Assembly (NCBI GenBank): GCA_951406725.2
Contig: OX597815.1
Coordinates: forward strand, 43,710,001 to 43,774,000
From: Octopus vulgaris
Taxonomy: Eukaryota
Length of the DNA stretch: 64,000 nt
Reading direction: 5' to 3'
Shown: one piece after another, positions 13,601 to 28,379 of the stretch
Numbering within the stretch: position 1 is the first letter of the stretch
Layout: the number at the start of each line of letters is the position of its first letter
Program-made: the position numbers and the translations under genes
Notes under the pieces: generated by a model
Told to the model about the DNA's origin: nothing
The model's input: only the letters and a program-made list of their open reading frames with translations
Database searches by the model: none

Positions 13601-16600
13601 CTGCAGATAAATTGCAGACGGGATATTTCTTTTGTTCCTTTATTTTCAACCGGAAAGCTTTAAAATGGTGTAGGCAAAAAATTAGGCTGCAGACGTTATG
13701 ATGTCTCGATAAACTTTTCCCGTCGGTTTCTTGTATGATCATCTCAACTTTTAGACATTTTCGGCAATTTATAAAACTATTTAATGCAGATTAAATTTCC
13801 GTCATCTTTGAATTTTGGCTCTTTGAAGACTTTGATAATTTGAGGGTGTGGGCTTTATAATTGGGGTATATTTATTATATAAATGTTGATATTACATTTG
13901 CTGATTTTTTAAAAAGTATTTTTAAGTATTTCTAAAAGATTTACATCAATTTAAACAGTATATTATACAGATAAGATTATTCGAAGTACGATAACAGTAT
14001 AATAACAGTACGATAACGTTTCAAAATGGCACCAAATATGTTCAGATCGTAACACAAACTCAAAAGCTGGAGCCATCTGAATATCGCCAGTCTTCGAAAC
14101 TCTCGCACAGGATCACCCCGTAGGCTCTTACATTTCCCTTACTGGGCTGATCATTGATCACTTAGGTTGCAGCTGTAATTTAGAATTTTACTTTAAAATG
14201 TGGTAGTAAACAGTAAACTTTTGAATCGATTTGAAATTAAAATCAAATTTTGCTAAATTTTGCGCTGCACTATTAAGGTGGTTCAAGGACACTGTTGCGC
14301 ATCACTTGTTTTACATAGCTACAAATGATCCGCGGGAAATAGACGGTCCGTCATTGAATATTTCATGTTATAATTCTAAACTAGTTTTCAGGGTGAAGAA
14401 AAAAAGACATTATGTATTGTCAATTGTAGCATGGACATAAGACAATACATAAGACAATACATATACGATGACACTAATACGTAACATCTAACATATAGAA
14501 AAATCTAACTATAGAAAAATATATAGAAAAGGTAAACTTTAGATCTAATTAATGAAAGTATCATTTCCTGCGTTGTCTTTTGGTGTTGGAAAACTATTTT
14601 CATCATTTCGTAGCCCTTCATTATTTATTTTTAAAAATTAATCTTTTCAACAAGTAGATCAAGTCAAAACTTTTGCTATTTAAAAAAAAGTGTATATTAT
14701 CCATCTTGTGAAACACATCCAGTGACCCTTGATTTCTTCTAGGCTCTTTCATGAAATAGCAAGCTTGATCTACATCCATGTTCATCTTCAATTAGCTCCT
14801 TCTTTTTTCCATCTAAATTTTTGTATCTCTGCAACCTCAACAAAAAAAAAGAAAGAAAAAGAAAAACGTGAAGCTGATATTAGGTTTCTCGTTCGTTTTC
14901 ATAGTACTGTGTAACAAATTTTTTTTCATTTATATTTTTGCCTTTGGTCAGTAAATGTTATTTTTTATTTGCTTCTGTCTATAAATCAAAGGAAATGACT
15001 TATTATTCCCTTCAAACTTTGCTTTTGTGACCTGGACATCAATGTTTCGAAACTGACTTATTTTCCATTACATTTCAGACAGATTCAGCATTAAGATGCT
15101 AAAGCAGAAATATCATTATATCAAATATTCTGCTCAATACCACAGATTTGCTTGTCCGTTGCTTGACCTTAACCACCTCATCATGTCCCTTAGTAGCTAA
15201 CAATATGTGCATCTCTGATCACGACCAGGAGTAGTAAAGGAACATCGTAGCCATGTGTTGAGATGGATTCTTTGCAGTTTGGATAAGTGTAACAGAAACA
15301 CAGTTTGAAGAAAATATTAACCATTTTCCATACTTTCTAGGGGTAAGAAGAAAGAAAATAACAGTTGCTACCCAAGGACGAAAATTGTATTACACAGTAT
15401 TATATTTTGACTAATTGCATCGATTGTTTCAGCAGTCTAAAGTACATTTTATTCACAAATAATTGTATTACAAATATATTCTGTATTATCCTCTCGTACT
15501 TCACGCACTCGTTAATTGATACTGAGCGAATTATTTTATTATTTTCATTGATTTCCCAAATCTGAAATTTGAATTCTTCACAATAATACTTTCAAACGTT
15601 AAATCATGGTCATCAATAATAATAATTTCTAACTTATCCACCACATTTTGGAAATGGGATATTGTCGAATAGATCGATCCCACTTGCACAATTTTTTCTT
15701 TTTATATTTTATTCCCCCTCTGGGGGAATAAAAACCAATGCTCACCCAACCAGATTTGAAGTCAGAACTGAGAGACATACTATATATACAAAAATACTTC
15801 TGAATTGGTTTTACCTTTCAAATTCGGCTTCGATATCAAGAATACATAATCTATAGATAGGTGCAGACAATAAATTCATGTCTGCTTCTGATTTTTCAAA
15901 AATCACTCCGTCTACCTCTCTAGAAATCCTTTCACTCTATTGTCTTAATAGCAGCTATAATATATCAACAATTCAAACAAGTGTATCGCATTTTAAAGTT
16001 CATGACAACGTAGATAAAAAAAGTATGTTTAATGGATAACCTATTCAAAAGTTTACACGGTGTAAAATTCTTATAAAACAAGGCGAAACTTGTTATAAAA
16101 TACAATTTATTTCTTCTTTCCTATTTTCTCCGTACATAAGACCGGAAATATATCAGTAGAAAGTCAGGAAATTGTAAATTTTAAATATATGACCAGTTAT
16201 TTTGTTTCCTTGTTTTTAATCGATAAAAATTTTTTTAAGTATTGGTAAAAAAAAGATACTGGATGGCCCAAATAATCATATTATTAACAGTGATTTTGAA
16301 TGCTAAACACATGAGAGTGGGTACAAAGAGCAGGGCTGTTACACATGCAAATGGTATTCTGATCCACTGGGCGTAGCACCTTTTTATATGGGAGTAGGTT
16401 TGATCAGTATGCGACCTCAATAATGAAAATTAGGTCTTTACAGGCCATATAAAAACCGGCTAAGATGATGGTTAGAAAAATACTTCGGGATCAGTTACAA
16501 TTATTAAAGAATATATACTCTATGAATAATTGAAAAAAATATATTCATATCGGTTTTTGGTTGATGAAATATTACTTTTAAATTTCCCCGCAAATTAGAA

Positions 16601-17004
16601 TTTTGCAATGTGTGCACCCGTATGTGTGTTTATGCGTGCGTACGTAAATTTTTCGTACATAGATGTGCCAAATCTATTAATAGAAATGATAACATAATAA
16701 AAAAGTAGGTTGAAAATATCGTAACGTTCACGGCTTTCATAAGATAAATATTTGTAACCGAGTTTCGAAATTCCCCCCAGAGTGAATTTATGTCCCACAC
16801 CTCTCCTCCTTTGACATATGTCTCTAATATTAAATATCTCAATAGTTTACTACGCGTATGGATAAGTATTCACAACCAGCATCACTGGAATAACAACGTA
16901 AATACCTAACTGACGACAAACGAAATCTAAAGTGGTGTAATTATATAAAGAGCGCGATGTACAGAAAACATCTCTCTTCCACTCCATCTCTCTCCACCCT
17001 TCTA

Positions 17005-17990
<986 letters not shown>

Positions 17991-18699
17991 ACATGCGCCC
18001 ACACACGCGCCCACACACGCGCCCACATACACGGAATGATAGAACGGACGTTTGAAGAATATGAAGTATTAAATAGAATATTACACACAAACACACATTC
18101 ACACTCACACACAATACTTGTAATGAACAAAATACATATATTTAACGTTGACTCGTCCCTATAATCGAAATATATCCAGATATGTTGATAGGACTTTTCT
18201 TTCCTGAACCAATGCCTGCTTTCCTGTTTGTCACAAGTATCAGAAACTTTTCAACAGAAATTCTGCTGACTCTTATAGTGATAAAGCTATAAATAAAGAT
18301 GCATAAATATTGGGTTAAAAACACTTTTTTTTTTTAGAAAAAGTCGAGGGCTTACCAAGAGATTTAAACCCACGTCTCATTTAAACATGACAGGCGCTTT
18401 ACCATTGGACCAAAGTTATCATTCGAATACCTTTAGCTATTTAGAAACTTTATCCTCACCGGCGAGAATTGTATGTTGTTGATTTAAGATTGTATAGACT
18501 TTGAGAGTACGTGAAATAATTCATTTATAGAAATGGTGGATCCCGAAACAGACAGATCTATAAAAGTAGGTAAATACTAGGCTAAAAATTCTTGGATTGA
18601 AATGGTCGAAAGCTACCCGGGGAATTAGAACCGACATATCCTGTAAACATAACTACAAATGTATGTGTGTGTTTTCTATTCTGCTGCTATTATAGCAGT

Positions 18700-18801
<102 letters not shown>

Positions 18802-19081
18802 GCGTCAGTTTCTGCGCTTGAGGTGAGAGAATCACTTCTGAATTTCTCTAGTTTTAAGTCGGAAAGTTTGTTATTTTTTTTATACATATACATAAAGAAA
18901 GAGATAGAAAGAGAGAATAAAGTCAGGAAGTATGATAGGCGAAAATAATTTTTTCTCCATTGTATTCCCATGTGATTACAGCTGTTTCGTAATCTTCATT
19001 ATGCATTATCATTCATATCATTATTCAAAGTTATACCAGCATGTTTACATAATATATATGCCCAGTATTGTACAATACAAC

Positions 19082-19202
19082 TGTATATTCACAAATTGAG
19101 GAAAATAGAGAAAGCTAACTTATCATATCACCGGAACATGTGCCTATGATGTTCCGGTGATCAGAGATGTTAGCTTTATTTGCATAAATTTGTGAATATA
19201 CA
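19082..19202. repeat. Imperfect fold-back hairpin
   Basis: Three nested complementary blocks: tgtatattcacaaatt/aatttgtgaatataca, aaagctaac/gttagcttt, atcaccggaacat/atgttccggtgat. Confidence 0.85.
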
Positions 19203-19931
19203 ACTGGGTATTTATAGTCAAAAGTGAAAGGTTATATTGTTTTTCTATTACTTGTGGCTTCATAGTATAATATATAATTTCATATTCAACAAGCTGAAGA
19301 AAAATATTGTACAAAAACTGAAAAAATAGCAGTAGGGTGAGAAGAAAGATGAGGGCAAAGACATTTAGATGACTCACTGAGTAGTCGATACACATTATCA
19401 CATAACTAAAGGAAAACTAGACAAAATAGCCGACGACCAGTTAACATGAGAGAGACATTGTGATTTTGTTTGTAATCTATATTTCTATGGTATGTAAACT
19501 TTTAATTTATGGTAGTTCAAAAAGAAATTCAGAAAAACTATTCGGAAAGAAAAAGAAAAGTGTGTGTGTATGTGTTTGGGTGCGAGTGTCTCACAATCGA
19601 ATACGATGGGAGGGCAAGGCGTTTCCTCCGAGATGGGTTCCTATTCAAGATAAGTGAAACTTCATCATTGTAAGCTACTGGAGCTAATGTCAGTTTCTTA
19701 GTGTTTCGGTCGATTAAAGCGATAAGCTACACAGATAATCTGGTGTTACTTATTTAAACTGAGCGTTTGGATGTTCTATGCCTTGTCATGGGCATATAGC
19801 GTCGGTGATAAAGTAGGGATTGCCAACTATTTGTGTTGTGATTCAATTCTTATTAAAATTATTCTTCTTTCTTTGAAGACTCGAGACGTAATATGATACA
19901 TATCTATGTATACACATATGTATGTATTGTA

Positions 19932-19995
<64 letters not shown>

Positions 19996-20308
19996 ACACA
20001 CAGAGCTCTGCGTAACGTAATATAATAACATGTTCACCGACGATTCGATGTAGGTAAGTATCCAGTTGTACCTGCAACAACTAATGAAGAGTTGTAAACA
20101 ACCACAATGGTGAAACGTACGTATGAACAAGTGATATAAATTTGTGTTTCCCGTAATGTCTCCTATATACCATAACTAGTAATACTACTGAGTATAGTAT
20201 TAGCCAAATCACTACCTTGCAAGCCAACTGGACAATGGTAATCTAAATGGAGATCTAAACTCAACAATAACGTTCGTACATCTATTTATACACACAAGAT
20301 ATATATCT

Positions 20309-21117
20309 TATTTCTTTATTGCCCACAAGGGACTAAACATAAAGGGCAGAAAGACAGACTCCAGTGCGTAACTGGTACTTAATTTATCGACTCCGAAAGG
20401 ATGAAAGGCTAAGTCAACCTCGGCGGAATTTGAACTCAGAACATAAAGACAGACGAAATACCTATTTCTCTACTACCCACAAGGGGCTAAACACAGAGGG
20501 GACAAACAAGGACAGACAAACGGATTAAGTCGATTATATCGACCCCATTGCGTAACTGTTACTTATTTAATCGACCCCGAAAAGATGAAAAGCAAAGTCG
20601 ACCTGGGCGGAATTTGAACTCAGAACTGCTTACGATTTGCCAGCTTGTATCTTTAAGTGCACCTAATATTGGTTTCAAATTTTGGCAAAAGACCAACAAG
20701 TTCGGGGAAATGGTCAAGTTGATGACATCGACCTCAGTACCCACTTGGTACTTATTTTATCGACCCCAAAATGATGAAAAGCAAAGTCGACCACAATGCA
20801 ATTTGAACTTAGAATTGGCAGACGGACGAAAAGCCGCTAAACATTTTGCCTGGTATGCTAACGATTCTGCCAGCTAGGCGTATCTATTTCTTTATTACCC
20901 ACAAGGGGCTAAACATAGAGAGCACAAACAAGGACAGACAAAGAGATTAAGTCGATTACATCGACCCCAGTGCGTAACTGGTCCTTAATTTATCGACCCC
21001 GAAAGGATGAAAGGCAAAGTCCACCTCGGCGGAATTTGAACTCAGAACGCAGCGGCGGACGAAATACCGCAAAGCATTTTACTCGGCGTGCTAACGTTTC
21101 TGCCAGCTAGCCGCCTT
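20309..21117 (-). mobile_element. Cluster of four co-oriented SINE family A copies and fragments
   Basis: Family A core occurs four times; complete copy at 20885-21117. Confidence 0.85.
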
Positions 21118-21945
21118 AGGTGTATCTAATATTTGAAAGGAAATTCGTTAAGCCATAATGGAGTAAACTGCATATGAGACATAGCATATGTCTATTCCAG
21201 CCGATGTGTTTATTTTTTTCATCTCAAATTGTTGATTTCAGATGCTTTGCATATACATAACAAGAAACATCAAAGCCGTATTTTACACATGACGTAACAC
21301 ATTTCTGAAATGAATTTCAACAAACATCAAACTTGATCCAGAAATATTTTTCTTTCACCTATCCCACCTCTATCTATGTCTCTTTTACTCTCTCTCTACC
21401 CGCCTCTCTCGTTCCGTCACTTTCTCTTCTATTTCTATCTACTTTCTCTAACATTTCCTCTCGTCTATTTTTGACACCCCTGCTTATTATCTTACCAAGG
21501 CTTTCTAGTCTTTCATACATTTCAGTCACGACTTCTGATGATGTAAGCTTTTTTTATTAACGTATCTCGGTCACTTTCTCGGTCTCTTTCTTTCCACAGA
21601 TTCTCTCTACGTCTCACCGTATTCCAGTGCATATGTACGTCTTTTTAACTATCTTTATATCTCTCGTCTTTACCTCGACATATTTTTCATTTTTACCTTT
21701 TATTACCGGTTTTTAAACCTCTGTCTTCTACCACTGTAGCTTCAACTACATGTTATCGTATCATATACTCTTTACTCTTTTACTTGTTTTAGCCATTGGA
21801 CTGTGGCCATGCTGGAGCACCGCCAGGACTTATCTTTGTTAGCCTAGTCCTTTTTTGCCGAACCGCCAAGTTACAGGGACGTAAACACACCAGCATCGGT
21901 TGTCAAGCGATGTTGGGGGGACAAACACAGACACACAAACTTATG

Positions 21946-22005
<60 letters not shown>

Positions 22006-22319
22006 AATATATATATATACATATACATATACATATATACGACGGGCTTCTTTCAGCTTCCCTCAACTAATTTCTCTCACAAGGGTTTGGCTGGCCCGGG
22101 ATTACTGGAGAAGATACATGCCCAATGTTCCATGCAGTGGGACTGAACCCACAATCATATGGTTGGAAAGCAAGCGTCTTACCGCACAGCCGCGCCTGCG
22201 CCTTCACATATATCTATTTTCCTTTCTTTCATTTAACTTTTTTTCTTTTCATTTGTTTGTTCCTCCGCCTCCTTCTATCATGCAGTGTCTCCTCTTTGTG
22301 TTTTTTTTTATATATATAT

Positions 22320-22377
<58 letters not shown>

Positions 22378-22378
22378 G

Positions 22379-22421
<43 letters not shown>

Positions 22422-23529
22422 ATATATATATGTGTGTATTATATGTTGTGCGTGTGTTTGTGTGTCTGTGTTTGTCACCCCAACATCGCTTGACAACCGA
22501 TGCTGGTGTGTTTACGTCCCCGTAACTTAGCGGTTCGGCAAAAGACCCGATAGAATAAGTACTAGACTTACAAAGAATAAGTCCTGGGGTCGATTTGTTC
22601 GACAAAAGGCGGTGCTCCAGCATGGCCGCAGTCAAATGACTGAAACAAGTAAAAGAGTAAGAGAGTAAAAGAGTAAAGTAAATAAAATACAAAAAAATAA
22701 TTTTTTTACACACAGTAAATAAAACAAAATCACAAAGTAAGGATCGACTAGCTAGCGTGGAGTGCGCGCACCGGGACCACTCTTCTTAAATAGTACCCAA
22801 CAATAATATACTACAAATTACACCGATTGCTTTACAAGTCAATACAATGTCATACTCTGTTAGCAGTGCTATTAAATCACATTTTTAGGTTATCTCTACA
22901 GATTTCCGATAAAAATTATATCCAGCACTGATTTGCTACGACCTTTCATATACGGACGCGTCTATGTAAACAACGCGATCGAAGATAGAAAATAGGTAAT
23001 GGGTGTGTGTGTGCATATTTCAGGGGTTCTTGCTCTTTATTTAACAGTGAGGCGCGTCTGATGATAGGCGATATCTTATGCAGGCCACTTGTCGAAAAAG
23101 GTCACCCATGCCTCTTCTATATACTGTTGAGATCACTGTTATTAACGCTAACATCTACATACTGGTGAAGCCACCACAAAATAAATAGTCAAATAGTCAA
23201 ATAAATCGACCCCAGGACTTATTTTTAAAGCCTACTACTTATTCTATCGGTCTTTTTGCCGAAATGTTAAGTTACAGGGACGTAAACGCACCAACATCGG
23301 TTATGAAGCGATGATGGAGGACAAACATACTCACACATATACGTATATACATATATATATATATTTGCGGCGAACTTCTTTCAGTTTTCGTCTACCAAAT
23401 CCACACACAAGGCTTTGGTCGGCCCGAGGCTATAGTAGAAGACACTTGTCCAGAATGTCACGCAGTAGGCCTGAAGCAGGACCCACGTGGCTGGGAAGCA
23501 AGCTTCCTATCATACAGCCGCGTCTGCGC

Positions 23530-23574
<45 letters not shown>

Positions 23575-24360
23575 GCTTTCGCCGAAAGTACGCTAGGTAA
23601 ATAAAGAAGAAAATCCCATAAGAAAGAAGATGGATCCTCAAAAAAAGGCATCAAAACGCGGCAGTGTGACTTAAAAATATTTGCAGAGTAGTATTTAGTG
23701 GCGGACGATAATTATAAACATACAGACAACAGACTTTTAAAGAAGTGCTCGCTTACTGGTTTCAAATTTTGGCACAAGGCCAGCAATTTTGTGGGAGGAT
23801 ATAAGTCGATTACATCGAGACACCCTCACCCTCAGTGCTCGACTGGTACGTGTATTATCGACTCCGAAAGGCCGAAAGCAAAGTCGACCTCGGCGGAATT
23901 TGAACTCAGAGTGTAAATGACAAACGAATACCTATTTCTATTTCTTTACCACCCACAAACGGCTAAACATAGAGGAGACACACAAGGACAGACAGACGGA
24001 TTAAGTCGATTATATCGACCTCAGTGCGTTACTGGTACTTATTTAATCGACCCCGAAAGGGATGAAAGGCAAAGTCGACCTCGGCGGAATTTGAACTCAG
24101 AACGTAACGGCACACGAAATACGGCTACGCATTTCGCCTGACGTGCTAACGTTTCTGCCAGCAAAGTACTCTCTTATTATGAGTATTCAAGACAGCTGAG
24201 GCAGCATAGGTTATTCCTAACCTGCCAAACGCCAAAAGGAAAGGTAAACTGGTGCTCTGGGTACATCAGATGTCAGTACAAGAAGTAGCAGAGGGCAAAG
24301 TCGTGGGAAGTTCTGGTCCCCATATGGGGGGGGGGGGGGGAATTATGTTTTTGTTTTAAT

Positions 24361-24775
24361 TACTCTTTACTCTTTTACTCTTTTACTTGTTTCAGTCATT
24401 TGACTGCGGCCATGCTGGAGCACCGCCTTTAGTCGAGGAAATCGACCCCGGGACTTATTCTTTGTAATCCCAGTACTTATTCTATCGGTCTTTTTTGCCG
24501 AACCGCTAGGTTACGGGGACGTAAACACACCAGCATCGGTTGTCAAGCAATACTAGGGAGACAAACACAGACACACAAACACACACACATACATATATAC
24601 ATACATATATACGACAGGCTTCTTTCAGTTTCCGTCTACCAAATCCACTCACAAGGCATTGGTCGGCCCGGGGCTATAGCAGAAGACACTTGCCCAAGGT
24701 GCCACGCAGTGGGACTGAACCCGGAACCATGTGGTTGGTTAGCAAGCTACTTACCACACAGCCACTCCTGCGCCT
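24361..24775 (-). mobile_element. SINE family B, full-length young copy
   Basis: Nearly identical to 35795-36206, 44682-45085 and 50451-50888. Confidence 0.92.
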
Positions 24776-26036
24776 ATTTAATTACTGTATTTCTTTTTAC
24801 AAAATTTTGTGTTCCATGACTTTGGTCCATATTTTTAACCCTTTCCTCATGCTGACCCTTTTCCCTCGTTTTTATATAACTTTGTTTCTTCAGCTCTATA
24901 TTTATGTTACTCCCGCCCATAATTTTACCGTTTGCTGTACTGGATGTGCGAGTCCTTTGTAGCGTTTATTATTAACTCTTGATTTTACTTGGTCTAAAAT
25001 CAAACAAAAGTTTACTCCATTCGATCTGTTAACATTTAAAGATATGTGACAGAGAAAGAGAAGTGGAAGGGAAGCAAAAGAGCACACATACACAGAGAAA
25101 GAAAGAGAGAGAGAGAGAGAGAGACATTATAAGAGGGAATAGGTCAAACAATTACGCGATCTGGAAATGGTGTAAAAAAAGTAATTAACAAAACAGAAAT
25201 GTGATGGGAGTGGCTAATTTGTAATTCAATACAACTAGAGCATACTGCTGCTGGAAAAGTTAAGTGAGTTAAAGGAAAGTAGCGCTTAGATACTTGCAAT
25301 TACACACAATTTCATAAAGAGAAAATCCCAACAATTTAAGGTGAAACTTGTCAACGACCGACCTATTTTATTTTGATCTAAACTGCCGAATAATTAAATG
25401 TCCAAATATTTTATTTTTTGCATGTTTTCTAGGTTTATCATTTCACGTCGATTCTTAATTTTTTCCCAATATCATTAAGAGGGTGATTAAAAATATTACA
25501 TAGGTCATCTAAAAAGGATGTGGCAAACTTAATAAATCACTTCTCTCTCGTTTCAAGTATATCTACTTTCAAGCATTGTAAAGAGTATCTATCTGCAAAA
25601 CACAAAGTGTGATAGAGTCTTGCTCTTAATCAATTATTGGACCATCCACATTAGTAATGTTACTCAGTAAGACAGAGGGAGGATTCAATAAAGACCACGA
25701 AGTTCAGTATATTGGTTTCAAGTTTTGGCACAAGGCCAGCAATTTTAGTGGAAGAGGTAAGTCGATTATATCGACCTCAGTGTTCAACTGGTACGTATTT
25801 TATCGGCCCTGAAAGGGTGAAAAGTAAAGTCGACCTCGGCAGGATTTGAACTGAGGAAGTAAAGACGGATGAACTACTGCTGAACATTTCGCCCGGTGTG
25901 CTAACGATTCTGCTATCTCACCGCCTTATACGAAATTCAGTATATTCTTTCCTACTTTTTTTTCTACTCTAGGCACAAGGCCCTAAATTTGGGGGAGGGG
26001 GGCCAGTCGATTAGATCGACCCCAGGACGCAACTGG

Positions 26037-27560
26037 GACGCAGCTATACCAGATTTATCAATATCTCCTTGTGTCATAGCTTTGCGATATTCCTCTCCGC
26101 TCATTTTGAGGGAGCAGCATGTTTCACTTTGTATAACCTACCACAGCTGCATGGGAAGGAGTACACGCAGTCTTTGATCATATTCTCTCCTATTGGTGGT
26201 TTTACTCGAAGGAGATATTTGCGAAGTGTTGTATTACTCTTGAATGCTGTCCTGATGTCATATGGGCCGTATATCTTTTGCATCTTTTCGTAGAGGCCTT
26301 TCACATAGGGTAGACAGACTGTGGACAGTTTCATCCTCTCTTTTCTTCATAATTGGAGTGGATAGTATGTTTTTAGGATAGTTGTTGCTTAATAGATTGT
26401 TACTGAGCTTGATCACTTCTTCGTGGTGGGTATCACGATCGCTACTTATATTCTTTGCTCGATGTTTTAGGCACTGAGCAATCCCTCTCTTTACACTGTA
26501 TGGAAGTTGGGAATTGAAGTTGAGGTATCGTCCAGTGAAGGTTGGCTTGCGGTATACAGATGTCTTGAATCCATACTTGGTGCATGTTATTATACGTCCA
26601 GGAATGCTAGCTGATTGTCTTTTTCCTTTTCCATTGTGAACTATATGGTTGGCTTTGTTGAGTTCACATGATTTAACAGTACTTGGACAGAGTATAAAGG
26701 TGCCATCAATATATCGCAGCCATAGGATTAGTTTTAGTGGTGTTAGCCAAATTCTCAAAGTATTCCATGTATATATTCGCTATTATTGGTAATAATGGTG
26801 AACCCATAGCTAAACCCTCTTCTTGTCGATATATATCAGTATCCATTCTGAAGTAGGTAGTTTCTACACAGAAGGTCAACATTTCCATCAAGTTTCCTAT
26901 TGGTATACTAGATAAGTGTCTGTCACCAGTTTTTCTTGAATCACTGATAGTGCTTCATCATTTGGAACTTTGGTGAACAAACTTATCACATCTAGACTCA
27001 CCATCTGGTTGAATGCTATGGGGGTATCATTTCTGTGAAGTGGATGGAATTCTTCACGTACGATATTGACATTCTTGCTAATGGACTAATTATATTCACA
27101 AGGAAGCGGCTCAGTGGATGACATGATGAACCTCTACAGCTCACTATAGGTCTTAATGGAATACCATCCTTGTGAATCTTAGGAAGATCGTGTATGTGTG
27201 GTAGCTTACTGTGGTGTCCAGACAGTTGTCTGTACTTCATTGGTATAAAGTGATCCTTGTTCTTGATCAAGATCTGTGACAAATTCCTTTCTGTTTTCAG
27301 AGTTGGGTCTTTCTTTACTTTGCTTATGAGACTTTACTTATGAGACTTGCCAATTTTTCAGAATAGTCAGGCTTTTTCATTACCACAGGATTTCCCTTGT
27401 CCGCTGGAAGTATTATGGTGGAATTGTCACTCTGTAGTGCTTTGATAGCGAACTTTTCTTCCTTGGTGATGTTTGGTTTGGGAAGTTTCGTTTTTCTAGT
27501 CCCTGTATCACATTCCACCTTAGTTCATCTCCCCAAGCTTTTGGTATCTTTATGGTATTA
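26037..27560 (-). mobile_element. Decayed Penelope-like element (RT + GIY-YIG endonuclease pseudogene)
   Basis: Ordered minus-strand fragments IILPADKG, LPKIHKDGIPLRPIVS, GLAMGSPL..IANIYME, WLRYIDG (YxDD site, mutated), VYRKPTFTGRYLNFNS, LPYVKG, CVYSFPCSCGRLY (GIY-YIG with CxC). Multiple frameshifts; both ends truncated. Confidence 0.92.
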
Positions 27561-27617
27561 AAGGAAGGATAGGAAAATATTAGATTCATAAGCCTTAAAA
27601 TTCATTCCATAATTGTC

Positions 27618-27850
27618 CACCGGCATATGGCGTAGTGGTTAAGAGCGCAGGTTACTAACACCAAGATTCCGATTCCAGGTAGTGACCTGAATAATAGCAA
27701 TAATAATAATAACATCGGAAAAATACCTTAGGAATACCCAGGTTCAGAATCCCTCTTGATTAAGGCTTGAGAGTACATCAGCTGAAATGTGTTTTAACAA
27801 CAAACAAGATGTGGACAAATGTCCGTCAAAGGTAAATAATGTAAATAATT
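27618..27850 (+). mobile_element. tRNA-headed short element carrying a degenerate hammerhead
   Basis: A box tggcgtagtgg (27628-27638), eroded B box gattccgattcc, (aat)n linker, then ttgattaa-ggcttga gagtaca tcagct-gaaatgtg (27756-27791). Confidence 0.5.
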
Positions 27851-27998
27851 ATGATTTTATTCAAAATATTCCCCTTTCAGATCACACACTTATTACAGCG
27901 GCCCTTAAGTTCTAAGCCCAGTAAAGGAACTTTTCAGCATCCCTCGTATATATTTAATGTGTGTGTGTGCATATATATATATATATACACACACATAC

Positions 27999-28029
<31 letters not shown>

Positions 28030-28045
28030 TATACATATCAATTAC

Positions 28046-28094
<49 letters not shown>

Positions 28095-28145
28095 TGTATG
28101 TACACACCCAAACTCATACTTACACACTTACACAACATAACATAT

Positions 28146-28379
28146 ATATTTCTTTACTACCCACAAGGGGCCAAACACAGAGGGGCCAAACAAGGACAGA
28201 CAAACGGATTAAGTCGATTACATCGACCCCAGTGCGTAACTGGTACTTAATTTATCGACCCCGAAAGGATGAAAGGCAAAGTCGACCTCGGCGGAATTTG
28301 AACTCAGAACGTAACGGCAGACGAAATACGGCTACGCATTTCGCCCGGCGTGCTAACGTTTCTGCCAGCTCGCCGCCTT
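28146..28379 (-). mobile_element. SINE family A, full-length copy
   Basis: Reverse complement of the 3897-4128 type sequence. Confidence 0.9.

Noticed and set aside
22742-22790. Minus-strand aagaaga-gugg..ccac-gcuagcuaguc
   Set aside because: Lacks CUG and GAAA; at best a relic
24540-24962. Recurrent ORF MSSNARGTNTDT..RHLPKVPRSGTEPGTMWLVSKLL seen at several loci
   Set aside because: Antisense reading of SINE family B; recurrence reflects copy number, not a gene family
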